62,031 nucleotides of DNA from Elusimicrobiota bacterium (GTDB lineage: Bacteria; Elusimicrobiota; Elusimicrobia; UBA1565), in NCBI GenBank assembly GCA_043819795.1, contig JBDREN010000100.1, positions 1-62,031 of the forward strand, given 5' to 3'. The stretch's first letter is position 1. Every line of letters begins with the position of its first letter. Shown here piece after piece: positions 47,809 through 57,593 of this stretch. The notes beneath the pieces are model-generated. The model was not told the DNA's origin. It saw only the letters and a program-made list of their open reading frames with translations, and ran no database searches. The position numbers and the translations under genes are program-made.

Positions 47809-49161
47809 CTAGGGCGCGTTGACCGAGTCGATGACGGCCTGCGCGCCCTCGGTCAATTGGTCCGCCTGCTCCTCGGTGAGCTTCTTGCCCCGTTGCGCGT
47901 CCACCTTGTTGATGAACGCCTTGGTCTTGTTGACGGCCGCGGTCTCGTTACCGGACGCGATGCTTTCGACCGCGCTGTCGAGCGTGGAGCCCAAGGAGGT
48001 GCTCGTGCCGGCGGGAACGCCCGGCAGCTCCTGGAGCTCTTCCACGGTCTCGCCGAGGTCGGCGAGCCCCTCCTCAGGGGTTTGCACCGTCACTATCAGA
48101 GTATCGGCGGCCGAGTCCCCGAAGTCGTCTGTCACCGTCAGCGTGACCGCGAAGTCGCCCGCGAACTCGTAGACATGGCTGGTTGTCTCGCCGCTCGCGG
48201 GCTCGCCGCCGTCCCCGAAGTCCCACTCGTAGGAGACGATCGTCCCGTCGGGATCGCTCGAGGCGCTCCCATCGAAATCCGCCGCCACGCCCGCAAGGAC
48301 CGTCTGGTCCGGCTCGGCGTCGGCCGAAGGCGGCAGGTTGCAGGCCGCCGCGCTCTCGATGATGATGCCGGGCCCCGGATCGTATTCCACCGTCCCGTCG
48401 GCCGCCAAGGAGAAATAGAGCCTCTCCGCTCCATAGTCCAGGTTGTAGACCGCAGGGATAGCCGCCAGGCAATGCACGACGCTCGCATCCAGGTAGGCGA
48501 CCACTCCCCCGATGTTGAAGTAGCTCGCGGCGACCGCCCGGGCATCCACGGTAAAGCTCAATCCGTTGACCACGAGCTCCGTGGTCCCCGCGCCGTCCAC
48601 GAAGGCGTCAAGGGAGCTGTCGTAGCCGATCAGACCCTCGCCATCCACTGTGAAATCGAACTGCTGCGGCCCGCGTCCCGACAGGAATATGTACTCGCCG
48701 GGGATCACGCTGATGGAGTAGACCTGATCGTTGGGTGTGTAGCGCATCACGTTCCCGATGTAGAACTCGGCCGCCGTCAGCGGCTGGGCGTCCAGGCTGA
48801 ACGTGAACCCATTGACGACGAGAGACGCCGTACCCGAGCCCTCGAGGAGCCCGGCAAGCGACCCGTCGTAGCCGATCAGGCCGTCGCCATCCACGGTGAA
48901 GTCGAAACGCTGCGCCCCATGCCCCTGCAGGAACGTGTATTCGCCGGGAGCGATGGTTATGGTGTGGACCTGGTCGGTGGCCAGGTAGGGCGTCACGCCG
49001 CCGATGTAGAACACGGTTGTCGTCAGCGCCCGGGCGTCGACCGTAATCGTCGCGGCTTCGACCCCCGCCAGGCAAGCCAACGGGAGCAGAGCGGCCAATG
49101 CGGCCGAAAGCACCGCTCGCCGGCTCAGCGTCTTCGCAATGAGAATCGAAAACCCGTTCAT
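47809..49161 (-). CDS. Paralogue with 2 full + 1 partial 82-aa repeats + PKD + FIMAH-like tail
   Basis: Same architecture as its neighbour and exactly 246 aa (3 x 82) shorter; the last 84 nt are identical. Confidence 0.9.
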   Translation of the reverse strand: MNGFSILIAKTLSRRAVLSAALAALLPLACLAGVEAATITVDARALTTTVFYIGGVTPYLATDQVHTITIAPGEYTFLQGHGAQRFDFTVDGDGLIGYDGSLAGLLEGSGTASLVVNGFTFSLDAQPLTAAEFYIGNVMRYTPNDQVYSISVIPGEYIFLSGRGPQQFDFTVDGEGLIGYDSSLDAFVDGAGTTELVVNGLSFTVDARAVAASYFNIGGVVAYLDASVVHCLAAIPAVYNLDYGAERLYFSLAADGTVEYDPGPGIIIESAAACNLPPSADAEPDQTVLAGVAADFDGSASSDPDGTIVSYEWDFGDGGEPASGETTSHVYEFAGDFAVTLTVTDDFGDSAADTLIVTVQTPEEGLADLGETVEELQELPGVPAGTSTSLGSTLDSAVESIASGNETAAVNKTKAFINKVDAQRGKKLTEEQADQLTEGAQAVIDSVNAP

Positions 49162-49185
49162 GTTTCCGTACCTCCCGTTCCTCGA

Positions 49186-51294
49186 CTAGGGGGCGTTGAC
49201 CGAGTCGATGACGGCCTGCGCGCCTTGGGTCAATTGGTCGGCCTGCTCTTCCGTCAGCTTCTTGCCGCGCTGGGCGTTCACCTGGTTGATGAAGGCGCGG
49301 GTCTTGTTCACGGCCGCGGTCGTGTCGCCGGACTCCAGGCTCTCGAGGGCGTTGTCGAGCTTCGAGCCCAGCGAGCTGGTCGTGCCCGCGGGCACCTCCG
49401 GCAGGTCGCTCACCACGTCCTCGAGGTCGGCAAGCCCCTGCTCCGGCGTCCGGACCGTGACGATCAGACTGTCCGCGGCCGAGGTTCCGAGGTCGTCGGT
49501 GACCGTCAGCGTCACGGTATAGACCCCCGCTTCGGCGTACGGATGGTTGACGCTCGCTCCGGAGGCGGTGGCGCTGTCGCCGAAGTCCCAGTCGTAGGAG
49601 ACGATCGTCCCGTCCGGATCGCTCGAGCCGCTCCCGTCGAATCCGGCCGGCTGGCCCACCACGACCGTCTGGTCCGGGCCCGCGACCGCCACGGGCGGGA
49701 GGTTGAGCCACCCGGACTTGGCGCAGTATGGATTGCCGTCCACGAGGTCGGGCCTGTCGCTGTCCACTCCCGGCTCGAAGCAGGGCTCCATCGACCGTCC
49801 CCACCAGTTGCCCTCGCCCTCATAAGAGAGCTCCATCGCGGCGTCCGCCTCCACGTGATGGACGGCGTTCGAATAGAAATTGTTGTGATAGACGAGCGTC
49901 CCCGCGGCGTCGCGCAGGAACAATCCGTGATCGTTGTCGAATATCTCGTTTCCTATGACGCTGCTGTCCCGGAACCCCACGCCAAGGCCGGCCTTCACGT
50001 AGACGCCGTACTGCGATCCCGAGATCCTGTTGTTCAGAAGCCGGGTATCGTAGTTGTAGTAGTTGCAGTAGACCCCGAACTGGTAGCCGCTGATGTCGCA
50101 GCCCCGGATGGTCGTCCGGCGCGCGCCGTTTCCAAGGTATATCCCTCTCCCCGAACCGCCGCCCGTTATCGCGTGGCCCGCGCAGTCCAGCACGACTCCG
50201 GCCCTGAAAAGGTTCACCGTTCCCGACAGATCCGCCGTCAAGTCCACGTCCAGGCGCGCGGAGATATTCTCGTTGACGCAATCCAGGTCGCCGCACGGGA
50301 CAGCGGGCAGCCTCGTGACCGTGTTGTTCTCGATGGTCGTGCCGGTGGCCTCCCCCTCGATCACGATCGCCTCGACCAGCGCGTTGGTTATCGTATTGCC
50401 GCTCACCGTGCAGTAGTCGAACGTCTTGCCCAGAGACGCGCGCGCGTAGAGGGCGTGGTCCGTGAAGGAGATCGCGTTGTCCAAGGCCTGAGAGTAGTGG
50501 TTGTTGTAGTGGTAGTAGATCCCGTTCTCGAAATGGCTTATCTCGCAGTTCTTGATGACCGTATGCTGTATCACGTTCCCCAGGAATATCCCGTTGCCCG
50601 TCCCGGCGCCGGTGATCGCGTGGCCCGCGCAGTCGAGGACCACGCCGCTCCTCGTCAGGTCCACCGTCCCCGGGATGTCCGCCGCCAAGTCCACGTCCAG
50701 GCGCGCGGAGATATTCTCGTTGACGCAATCCAGGTCGCCGCACGGGACGGCGGGCAGCCTCGTGACCGTGTTGTTCTCGACCGTGGTCCCGGTCAGGTCA
50801 CCCTCGAGATACATCGGCTCGACCAGGGCGTTCGTGATCGCGTTCCCGCTCACGGTCCCGTACTGGAAGCCCGGCCCCAGCCCCCTGCGCCCGTAGATGC
50901 CGTAGGACGTGAAGGATATGCTGTTGTCCAGGACCTGCGAATACAGGTTGCGGTCGTGGTAGTAGATCCCGTTCTCGAAATGGCTTATCTCGCAGTTCTT
51001 GATGACCGTATGCTGTATCACGTTCCCCAGGAATATCCCGTTGCCCGTCCCGGCGCCGGTGATCGCGTGGCCCGCGCAGTCGAGGGTCACATAGCTCGCC
51101 CCTATCGTCAGCGCGTTGCCCAAGCACTCAAGATCGGTCGTCAGCGTCGTGTTGTTCGTCAGCGTATCGCCGCAGCTGACCTGGGCCTGCGCCATCCGTC
51201 CGGCCGCGAGGCACGCGGCCAATCCCATCGCGACGACGACGGCCGCTCTTCCGGCGGACACTCCACATCTTTTGATCCCATGCTTCCGTTCCAT
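49186..51294 (-). CDS. Secreted parallel beta-helix (NosD/CASH-like) protein with three 149-aa repeats + PKD + FIMAH-like tail
   Basis: LDCAGHAITG x3 with a 447-nt period, VYHNNF and GNWW. AGGAG RBS before ATG 51294. Confidence 0.88.
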   Translation of the reverse strand: MERKHGIKRCGVSAGRAAVVVAMGLAACLAAGRMAQAQVSCGDTLTNNTTLTTDLECLGNALTIGASYVTLDCAGHAITGAGTGNGIFLGNVIQHTVIKNCEISHFENGIYYHDRNLYSQVLDNSISFTSYGIYGRRGLGPGFQYGTVSGNAITNALVEPMYLEGDLTGTTVENNTVTRLPAVPCGDLDCVNENISARLDVDLAADIPGTVDLTRSGVVLDCAGHAITGAGTGNGIFLGNVIQHTVIKNCEISHFENGIYYHYNNHYSQALDNAISFTDHALYARASLGKTFDYCTVSGNTITNALVEAIVIEGEATGTTIENNTVTRLPAVPCGDLDCVNENISARLDVDLTADLSGTVNLFRAGVVLDCAGHAITGGGSGRGIYLGNGARRTTIRGCDISGYQFGVYCNYYNYDTRLLNNRISGSQYGVYVKAGLGVGFRDSSVIGNEIFDNDHGLFLRDAAGTLVYHNNFYSNAVHHVEADAAMELSYEGEGNWWGRSMEPCFEPGVDSDRPDLVDGNPYCAKSGWLNLPPVAVAGPDQTVVVGQPAGFDGSGSSDPDGTIVSYDWDFGDSATASGASVNHPYAEAGVYTVTLTVTDDLGTSAADSLIVTVRTPEQGLADLEDVVSDLPEVPAGTTSSLGSKLDNALESLESGDTTAAVNKTRAFINQVNAQRGKKLTEEQADQLTQGAQAVIDSVNAP

Positions 51295-51352
51295 GCTCCT
51301 TGCCTCCGAACGGGAAATCCGCACTAAGCCGGACAATACCACCTTCCCTAAA

Positions 51353-51398
51353 GATATATCCCCATAACCGCCATAAGTCAAGGACAACACGTTGACTT
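51353..51398 (-). promoter_or_regulatory. Candidate promoter and operator of the surface-protein array
   Basis: TTGACT-N17-TATATC on the minus strand. The inverted repeat AAGTCAA-N10-TTGACTT (51375-51398) overlaps the -35 element. Confidence 0.5.
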
Positions 51399-51616
51399 TT
51401 ATATAAGAATAGTTATTATTTTATCAGGACCTTTTATACCTGTCAGCGAAGCAACCGGCCTTTTCAATACCTCAATGTCAAAAAGTACGCGCGCTCGCAC
51501 GCGTACGGGAAGCTCCGACGGGAAGGCTGTCCGAACGGACCGCATCCGGAGACTCAGGGACTCTCAGGGGGGAAGGAAGATGTCAGCGCCCCCGCCAAAC
51601 GCCAGAAGCGGCGGAC

Positions 51617-53836
51617 TCAGCGGTCTCTTTCGTCCGGCTTCGCCAGCGGGTCGGCCGGCTCGCGCGGCCCGATGGGCCGGCTCGGGGCTTCCGGTCGGGC
51701 ACGCTCCGCCGAGGCGGCGGCCCGGCGCGAAGATCGGTAGGTCTCCAGGCGCGACCGCAGGGAGGCGACCTCCTTCCAGTACGCGCCGGTCAGGACGCTG
51801 CCGAACAGCCTCACTACGCAGCGAACGCCCCGCAACGAGAACAGCGCGTCGCGGGGATCCACATGGCTCCACTCGAAGAGCGCGTGGCCGACCAGTCCGG
51901 TCAGATAGGACAAAGGCAACAAGGCCAGCAGCCACGGATCGCCCTCCGCCAAGGCCCACAGCGACACGCCGAAGAAGAAGCCGACCCCGAGCATATGGCA
52001 GGCGACGTTCCAGCCGTCCTGATGCCTGAGGACGAACACCTCCCAGTGATCCGTGAAGGGATGGTCCACCACGTCGTCTGAGATCCGGTTGCGCAGCTTC
52101 CGCCGGTATGATTCGGGATCGTCGACCCGGTGGGAATGGGCGAGCAGCTCTCCCAACCGCTTGCGCCCGAGGGCCTTGCAGTGCCTCCCCTCTTCGAAAG
52201 CCAGCTTTCCGCCGATGTACACGGCCCGGACGACGCGTCCGGAGCCCCGCTTGACCATCCGAAGCGCCCCGCCCAGGGAGGGATCCTCCACGGCCACCTG
52301 TCCCGAGATGGGCTCCGCCAAGACCTCTGGATCGAGGAGCACGAGGTCCGCCCTCGCGCCCTCCCGCAGGACTCCGGCCTCCAGCCGGTACCACTGCGCG
52401 GGCTCGCCGGTGACCCGATGAACGGCCCGCTCCGGGCTCATGCAGCCGTCGGCCACCGCCTGTTTGAGAACGGAAAGCGCCGCGTCGTAGCGCCCGAAGT
52501 GGCGCAGGCACGCCCCCGCCTCGGTGAGGCCGGGCAGGACGTACCGGTTCCTCAACAGCGCCTGCCGGGGCCCGGGCCGGTCGTTGGCGATCGTCGCGAC
52601 CCAGCGCAATCCGACGTCGTAGCTCTCGAGGAGGTCCATGAAGATATCGACCGGCTCGCGCCCGAGCTCGCGGGCGATCGCCGCGAAGCTCTTTCCCTCG
52701 AGCGACGCGTCCGGACAGCGGAGCACGGTCATGCGGGCCAGGTCCCGGTGGAAGGTCCCGGGGCGCTCCCGCAGCCACTCTTTCCGGAAGCCTTCCCGGA
52801 ATCCCTCGGCCTTCCAGAGAGCGCGCCGCTCTCCGGGAGCGTCCAGGTCGTTCAATGCCGCGCCGCTGGAGAAATCCTCGAAGAGCGGGGTAACCGGCCC
52901 GTCGGAGTAGACCGTCACCGGCTCGGCCGCGGTCTGGAAGCGGATGTTGCCCCCCAGCCAGCGGTTCAACACGTAGAGCGCCGGTCCGAAGAGGCGCCAT
53001 AACTGCCGGCGATGCGCGTAGTCGAGCGCCGCCGGGGCCGTCAGGCGCAAAGCCCTCCCCTTGCGCGGCAGGCTGAGGCCCAGGAAATCGACGAGAGAGA
53101 GGATCCTTCGCGGATCGGACGAGACCTGGAACACCGCGTCGCGCGCGCGGCAGACATCGGCCAGCATCGCGTATTCCCGAAGGTCGGCCCCCTCGGAAGG
53201 GATCGACCGCCCTTTGTGGCCTCCGCCCATCCTGTGCCAGGGGACCACGTCCACAGAGACACCCACGCAACCTGCGTCCAGCGCAGCCTCCGCCAACTTC
53301 CGCATCCGGGCCAGATCCTCGCCGCCGGCGGGCGCCTCGAGGGCGCGCGCCAGGCCCATCGCCTCCAAGCGCAGGGCGCTGTGGCCCAGCATCGGAGCGA
53401 CGTTCGGGCCCAGCGGCAGCGACCGCAGGAGGTGGAAATACTCCGACATGGACCTCCAGGACGAGGCCGACTCCAGCCACCTCGAGATCACGGTCCGCGG
53501 AAGGTTGTCGACCCGCTGGAAGACGTCGATGAGGCTCCGCGGCTCGCCCACGGTCAAGGAGAGGCTCCCGTGTCCGATGACCACGCTCGTCACCCCGTGG
53601 CGGACCGATTCCTCCAGGCCCGGAGCGATCTCCACCTCCAGGTCGTAGCGGGTGTGGACGTCGACGAAGCCCGGCGTCACCCACAGGCCGGCGGCGTCCA
53701 CGTACTCTCGCGCCGGCTCGTCCACCCGCGGGGCGATGAAGAACACCCTCCCGTCGCGGATGCCCACGTCGCGCCGGGCCGGCCGCGAGCCCAGCCCGTC
53801 GAAGAAGAGCCCGCCCCGGATCACCAGGTCCAGCAT
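51617..53836 (-). CDS. N-acyl-D-amino-acid deacylase-like amidohydrolase fused to a C-terminal DUF962/Mpo1-like membrane domain
   Basis: DLVIRGG..DVGIRDG..PGFVDVHT and GARADLVLLDP, then a C-terminal H-x5-NVACH..TM..GHALFE. Confidence 0.8.
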   Translation of the reverse strand: MLDLVIRGGLFFDGLGSRPARRDVGIRDGRVFFIAPRVDEPAREYVDAAGLWVTPGFVDVHTRYDLEVEIAPGLEESVRHGVTSVVIGHGSLSLTVGEPRSLIDVFQRVDNLPRTVISRWLESASSWRSMSEYFHLLRSLPLGPNVAPMLGHSALRLEAMGLARALEAPAGGEDLARMRKLAEAALDAGCVGVSVDVVPWHRMGGGHKGRSIPSEGADLREYAMLADVCRARDAVFQVSSDPRRILSLVDFLGLSLPRKGRALRLTAPAALDYAHRRQLWRLFGPALYVLNRWLGGNIRFQTAAEPVTVYSDGPVTPLFEDFSSGAALNDLDAPGERRALWKAEGFREGFRKEWLRERPGTFHRDLARMTVLRCPDASLEGKSFAAIARELGREPVDIFMDLLESYDVGLRWVATIANDRPGPRQALLRNRYVLPGLTEAGACLRHFGRYDAALSVLKQAVADGCMSPERAVHRVTGEPAQWYRLEAGVLREGARADLVLLDPEVLAEPISGQVAVEDPSLGGALRMVKRGSGRVVRAVYIGGKLAFEEGRHCKALGRKRLGELLAHSHRVDDPESYRRKLRNRISDDVVDHPFTDHWEVFVLRHQDGWNVACHMLGVGFFFGVSLWALAEGDPWLLALLPLSYLTGLVGHALFEWSHVDPRDALFSLRGVRCVVRLFGSVLTGAYWKEVASLRSRLETYRSSRRAAASAERARPEAPSRPIGPREPADPLAKPDERDR

Positions 53837-53861
53837 GCGGCCTCCGTCATATCGCGCTCGG

Positions 53862-54722
53862 TCATCCCCTTTGCGCCGTGACGATCAGATAGTCGAAGCC
53901 CTCGAACAACGAGTCGTCCCGCACGCCGGCCTTGAAGAGAGCCCGGATCAGCGGGTTCATGCGGCGCCCGAGCTCGGCGTCCGCGAGGCGGCGGCGCGCG
54001 AAGCGCGCGAACGGCGCGAAGACGTGCTCCCGTATCGAGCGCCTCTCGATGCGCTCGAAACCCGCGGCGGCGAGCTTGTCCCGGTAGACGTCCCAAGCGT
54101 AGTGGTTCTCCCGCGGGATGCGCCAGAAGCGGCGCGCCATGCGATAGCCCAAGCGGTCCTTGAGGCGGGGCGAGTAACCGTCCCGCGCGACGATATCGGC
54201 CAAGGCGAGACGCCCCCGGGGCCTGAGGACCCGGAAAGCCTCCCGGAAGAAGTCCGCGCGGGTGTCGTAATGGAATGCGGACTCGAGCGACGTCACGACG
54301 TCGAACTCGCCCGCGCGCGCGGGGATGTTCGTGGCCGACCCGTAGCGCAGGTCGATGCGGGAGGAAAGCCCGAGCCGGTCCACCCGCAGCCGGGCCGCCC
54401 GCACCTGGGAGCCGGTGATGTTGAGCCCCACGATCCGGTCGGGACAGAAGCGGTCGAGCCAATGGATATCCTGGTCCGCGAAGCCGAAGCCCACGTCGAG
54501 GACCGCGTCGCCGGGGCCCATCCGGGCCGCGGCGCCGAGTTGGCTCGCCAGAGCCTGGCAGGCCTCGTCGAAGCTGCCGGCGCCGTCGTCCCAGTAGCCG
54601 AGGTTGAGATATTGGCTGTCCTCGGCGAGGATGTTGCGCTTCCCCAGGACGTCGTAGACGGGACTGGGGTCCGGCGTGCCGCCGGACACGCACAGGCGCA
54701 GGACTTGCAGCGTCTCGCTCAT
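53862..54722 (-). CDS. SAM-dependent O/C-methyltransferase (McyJ/EryG-like)
   Basis: YLNLGYW, VLDVGFGFADQD, GLNIT and LESAFHY. Confidence 0.85.
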   Translation of the reverse strand: MSETLQVLRLCVSGGTPDPSPVYDVLGKRNILAEDSQYLNLGYWDDGAGSFDEACQALASQLGAAARMGPGDAVLDVGFGFADQDIHWLDRFCPDRIVGLNITGSQVRAARLRVDRLGLSSRIDLRYGSATNIPARAGEFDVVTSLESAFHYDTRADFFREAFRVLRPRGRLALADIVARDGYSPRLKDRLGYRMARRFWRIPRENHYAWDVYRDKLAAAGFERIERRSIREHVFAPFARFARRRLADAELGRRMNPLIRALFKAGVRDDSLFEGFDYLIVTAQRG

Positions 54723-54744
54723 CGTATGGCCTCGACCGCCCGCC

Positions 54745-56604
54745 TCACTCCCTCACCATGAGCTCGGCCACGAGATTGGCGTAACGCGCCGGGTCCGGCA
54801 GGGGCGAGCCTTCGGTGAGCGCTCCCTGGCCGTAGAGCAGGACCGCGTAGTCCGCGAGCCGGGGGTCCTTCGGATCCTTATCGAACATCCCCCTCATCCG
54901 CTCGACCACCGGGTGGGACGCATTGATCTCGAGGATGCGCTTCGCCACGGGGACGGCCTGCTGGTTCTGCCTGAGTATCTTCTCCAGGCGGGCGCTCAGC
55001 CCCGCCTCATCGGCCACGAGGCATACGGCGCTCGAGGTGAGCCGGTCGGAGAACCGCACGTCCTTGACGTGCTCGGAAAGCTCCTCCTTGAGCCAATCGA
55101 GCAAGGAGCGATACTCCGTTTCCTTCTTCTGCCGCTCCTCCTTGTCGGACTCGAGGCCTAGGTCGCCCTTGAGCGCCGACTTGAGCGCCTTGCCGTCGTA
55201 CTCGGTGATGCGGTCGATCACGACCTCGTCGACCGGGTCGGTGAAGAAGATCACCTCGTAGCCGTTGGCCTTGAGAGCCTCGAGGTGCGGGGAGTTCTCG
55301 AGCGCCCGCCGCGATTCGCCCGAGAGATAGAAGATATCCTTCTGGCCCTCCTTCATCCTCCCCACGTAGTCCTTGAAGCCGGTGAGCTTCCCGGCCTCCG
55401 TCGCCGTCGTCTCGAAGAGCATCAGGTCCACGATGCGGCTCTGGTTCTTGCCGTCGGCGTAGAGGCCCTCCTTGAGCACCTTCCCGAACTCGGCCCAGAA
55501 GATCCGGTACTTCTCTTCCTCGCACTCCCGGAGGGACTTGAGCGAGTCCAGGACCTTGCCGACGAGACGCTCGCGGATCTGCTCGACGAGCCGGTCGTGC
55601 TGCATGGTCTCGCGCGAGATGTTCAAGGGGATGTCCGGGCAGTCCACGACGCCGCGGACGAAACGCAGGTAGTCCGGGATGAATGCCTTGCAGTCGTCCA
55701 TGACGAGCACGCGCTTGACGAAGAAATGGAGGCCCCCGCGACGCTCGGGATAAAACAGCTCGAGCGCGCCCTTTGAGGGCAGGTACAGGAGCGCGTCGTA
55801 GCGGAGCGAAGCCCCCTCCGCCGAGAAGCGGATCGAATGCAGCGGATCGTTCCAGTCGTGGGCGAGGTGCTTGTAGAACTCCGTGTGCTCCTCGGCGGAG
55901 ATATCCTTGGCCGGCCTGGTCCAAATCGCCTTCATCGAGTTGACGGGCTCGTCCTCGCCCTTCAGGCAGATCGGGTAGGTGATGTAGTCGGAGTATTTCT
56001 TGACGATCGGCTTGAGCGCGTCGCCCGAGGCGAAGTCCGGCTCGTCCTTCTCGGCTTTCTTGAGCGAGAGCGTCACGGCGGTCCCCACGGCGACGTCGGC
56101 GGCCTCCTCGATCGAGAAGCTCCCCTCGCCCTGGGAGCGCCAGACCCAGCCCTTCTCCGTGCCGGCCTTGCGCGTGGCGACGGTGATCGTGTCCGCCACC
56201 ATGAAGGCCGAGTAGAAGCCCACGCCGAACTGGCCGATCAGCTCCGGCGGGACGTTCTCCCCCTTCTTCCTCCGGATGGCGGCAAGGAACTCCCGGGTCC
56301 CGGACTTGGCGATGGTCCCCAGATTCGCGATCAGGTCGGCGCGGTCCATCCCGATGCCGTTGTCGCGGACCGTGAGGACCCGCTTCTCCGGGTCGGGCTC
56401 GAGCCGTATTTCATAGGCGTCGCCCTCGGGGGAGAGCTTCGTGTCGGTGAGCGACTCGAAGCGCCTCTTGTCGAGCGCGTCGGACGCGTTGGAGACCAGC
56501 TCGCGAAGGAAGATCTCCTTGTGGGTGTAGAGGGAGTGGACGACGATGTCGAGGACCTGTTTGACCTCGGCCTGGAAATCGATCTTTTCGACGGTCTCAG
56601 CCAT
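54745..56604 (-). CDS. htpG: Hsp90 chaperone HtpG
   Basis: EIFLRELVSNASDA, DNGIGM, IGQFGVGFYS and PLNISRE. Confidence 0.98.
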   Translation of the reverse strand: MAETVEKIDFQAEVKQVLDIVVHSLYTHKEIFLRELVSNASDALDKRRFESLTDTKLSPEGDAYEIRLEPDPEKRVLTVRDNGIGMDRADLIANLGTIAKSGTREFLAAIRRKKGENVPPELIGQFGVGFYSAFMVADTITVATRKAGTEKGWVWRSQGEGSFSIEEAADVAVGTAVTLSLKKAEKDEPDFASGDALKPIVKKYSDYITYPICLKGEDEPVNSMKAIWTRPAKDISAEEHTEFYKHLAHDWNDPLHSIRFSAEGASLRYDALLYLPSKGALELFYPERRGGLHFFVKRVLVMDDCKAFIPDYLRFVRGVVDCPDIPLNISRETMQHDRLVEQIRERLVGKVLDSLKSLRECEEEKYRIFWAEFGKVLKEGLYADGKNQSRIVDLMLFETTATEAGKLTGFKDYVGRMKEGQKDIFYLSGESRRALENSPHLEALKANGYEVIFFTDPVDEVVIDRITEYDGKALKSALKGDLGLESDKEERQKKETEYRSLLDWLKEELSEHVKDVRFSDRLTSSAVCLVADEAGLSARLEKILRQNQQAVPVAKRILEINASHPVVERMRGMFDKDPKDPRLADYAVLLYGQGALTEGSPLPDPARYANLVAELMVRE

Positions 56605-56634
56605 GGCGATCCTCCATCCGGCGTTCGCCGGATT

Positions 56635-57585
56635 CTACAAAAAATAGCGGGGCAGTTTCTCGGGGGAGAGGTCGAGATTCCCGCCGGAGAGGACGATCCC
56701 GACCTTGCGCCCGGCGAACGTCCGCGGCTCGCGCAGCACGGCCGCGAGGCCCGCGGCTCCCGATGGCTCGACGACCGTCTTGGCCCGCTCCCAGAGCAGG
56801 CGCATGGCGCCGAGGATGCCCTCCTCGCTGACGAGCACGACGCGCTCGAGCTCCTCGGCGAGGATCGCGAACGTCCTTTCGCAAAGGGGCATGCGCAGCC
56901 CGTCGGCCACGGTCAGGGGCGGACGGGGCGGCAGCACCCGCCCGGTCCTGAGCGAACGGTAGGCGTCGTCCGCCAGCTCGGGCTCGGCGCCCACGACCCG
57001 GAGGCCGGGCCTCACCCCGTGGGCCGCGATCGCGGTCCCGGAGAGGAGCCCGCCTCCCCCGAGCGGCGCCACGATGGTGTCCAGGTCCGGCACGTCCTCT
57101 AGGAGCTCGAGCGCCGCCGTCCCCTGCCCGGCGATCAGCGCGGGATTGTCATAGGAATGGATGAAGACCGCCCCGGTCTCCTTGACCACGATCTCGAGGG
57201 CCCGCTCGCGGTCGGCGGGCGTCGGCCCGCAGAGGGTGATCCGGCCGCCGTATTCCTCGATGGCCCGGCGCTTGGCGTCCGGCGAGCCACGGGGCACGAC
57301 GATATGGGCGGCGATCCCCCCGGCCTTGGCCGCGAGAGCCAGCGCCTGTCCGTGGTTGCCTGAGGAGTGGGTCGCCACCCCCGCCTCGGCCTGCTTGCTC
57401 GAAAGAAGCCGCACCGCGTTCGTCGCCCCGCGGACCTTGAAGGAGCCCGCCTTCTGCAGGTTCTCGCACTTGAAGTAAAGCCGCGCTCCCGTCATGCGGT
57501 CCAGCGTCGAGCAGGTCACTACCGGCGTCCGGTGCACGTGTCGACGGACGCGCTCCCGCGCGTTGCGGATATCGGCGAACGCCAC
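56635..57585 (-). CDS. PLP-dependent threonine/serine dehydratase (serine racemase-like)
   Basis: KCENLQKAGSFKVRGA, SSGNHG, GGGGL and SGGN. GTG start after GGAGGA. Confidence 0.92.
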   Translation of the reverse strand: MAFADIRNARERVRRHVHRTPVVTCSTLDRMTGARLYFKCENLQKAGSFKVRGATNAVRLLSSKQAEAGVATHSSGNHGQALALAAKAGGIAAHIVVPRGSPDAKRRAIEEYGGRITLCGPTPADRERALEIVVKETGAVFIHSYDNPALIAGQGTAALELLEDVPDLDTIVAPLGGGGLLSGTAIAAHGVRPGLRVVGAEPELADDAYRSLRTGRVLPPRPPLTVADGLRMPLCERTFAILAEELERVVLVSEEGILGAMRLLWERAKTVVEPSGAAGLAAVLREPRTFAGRKVGIVLSGGNLDLSPEKLPRYFL

Positions 57586-57593
57586 TCCTCCCC

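Noticed and set aside
45696..51294. Diversity-generating retroelement as the source of repeat variation
   Set aside because: There is no reverse transcriptase in the window, the repeats are in-frame coding units, and the differences are not confined to adenines.
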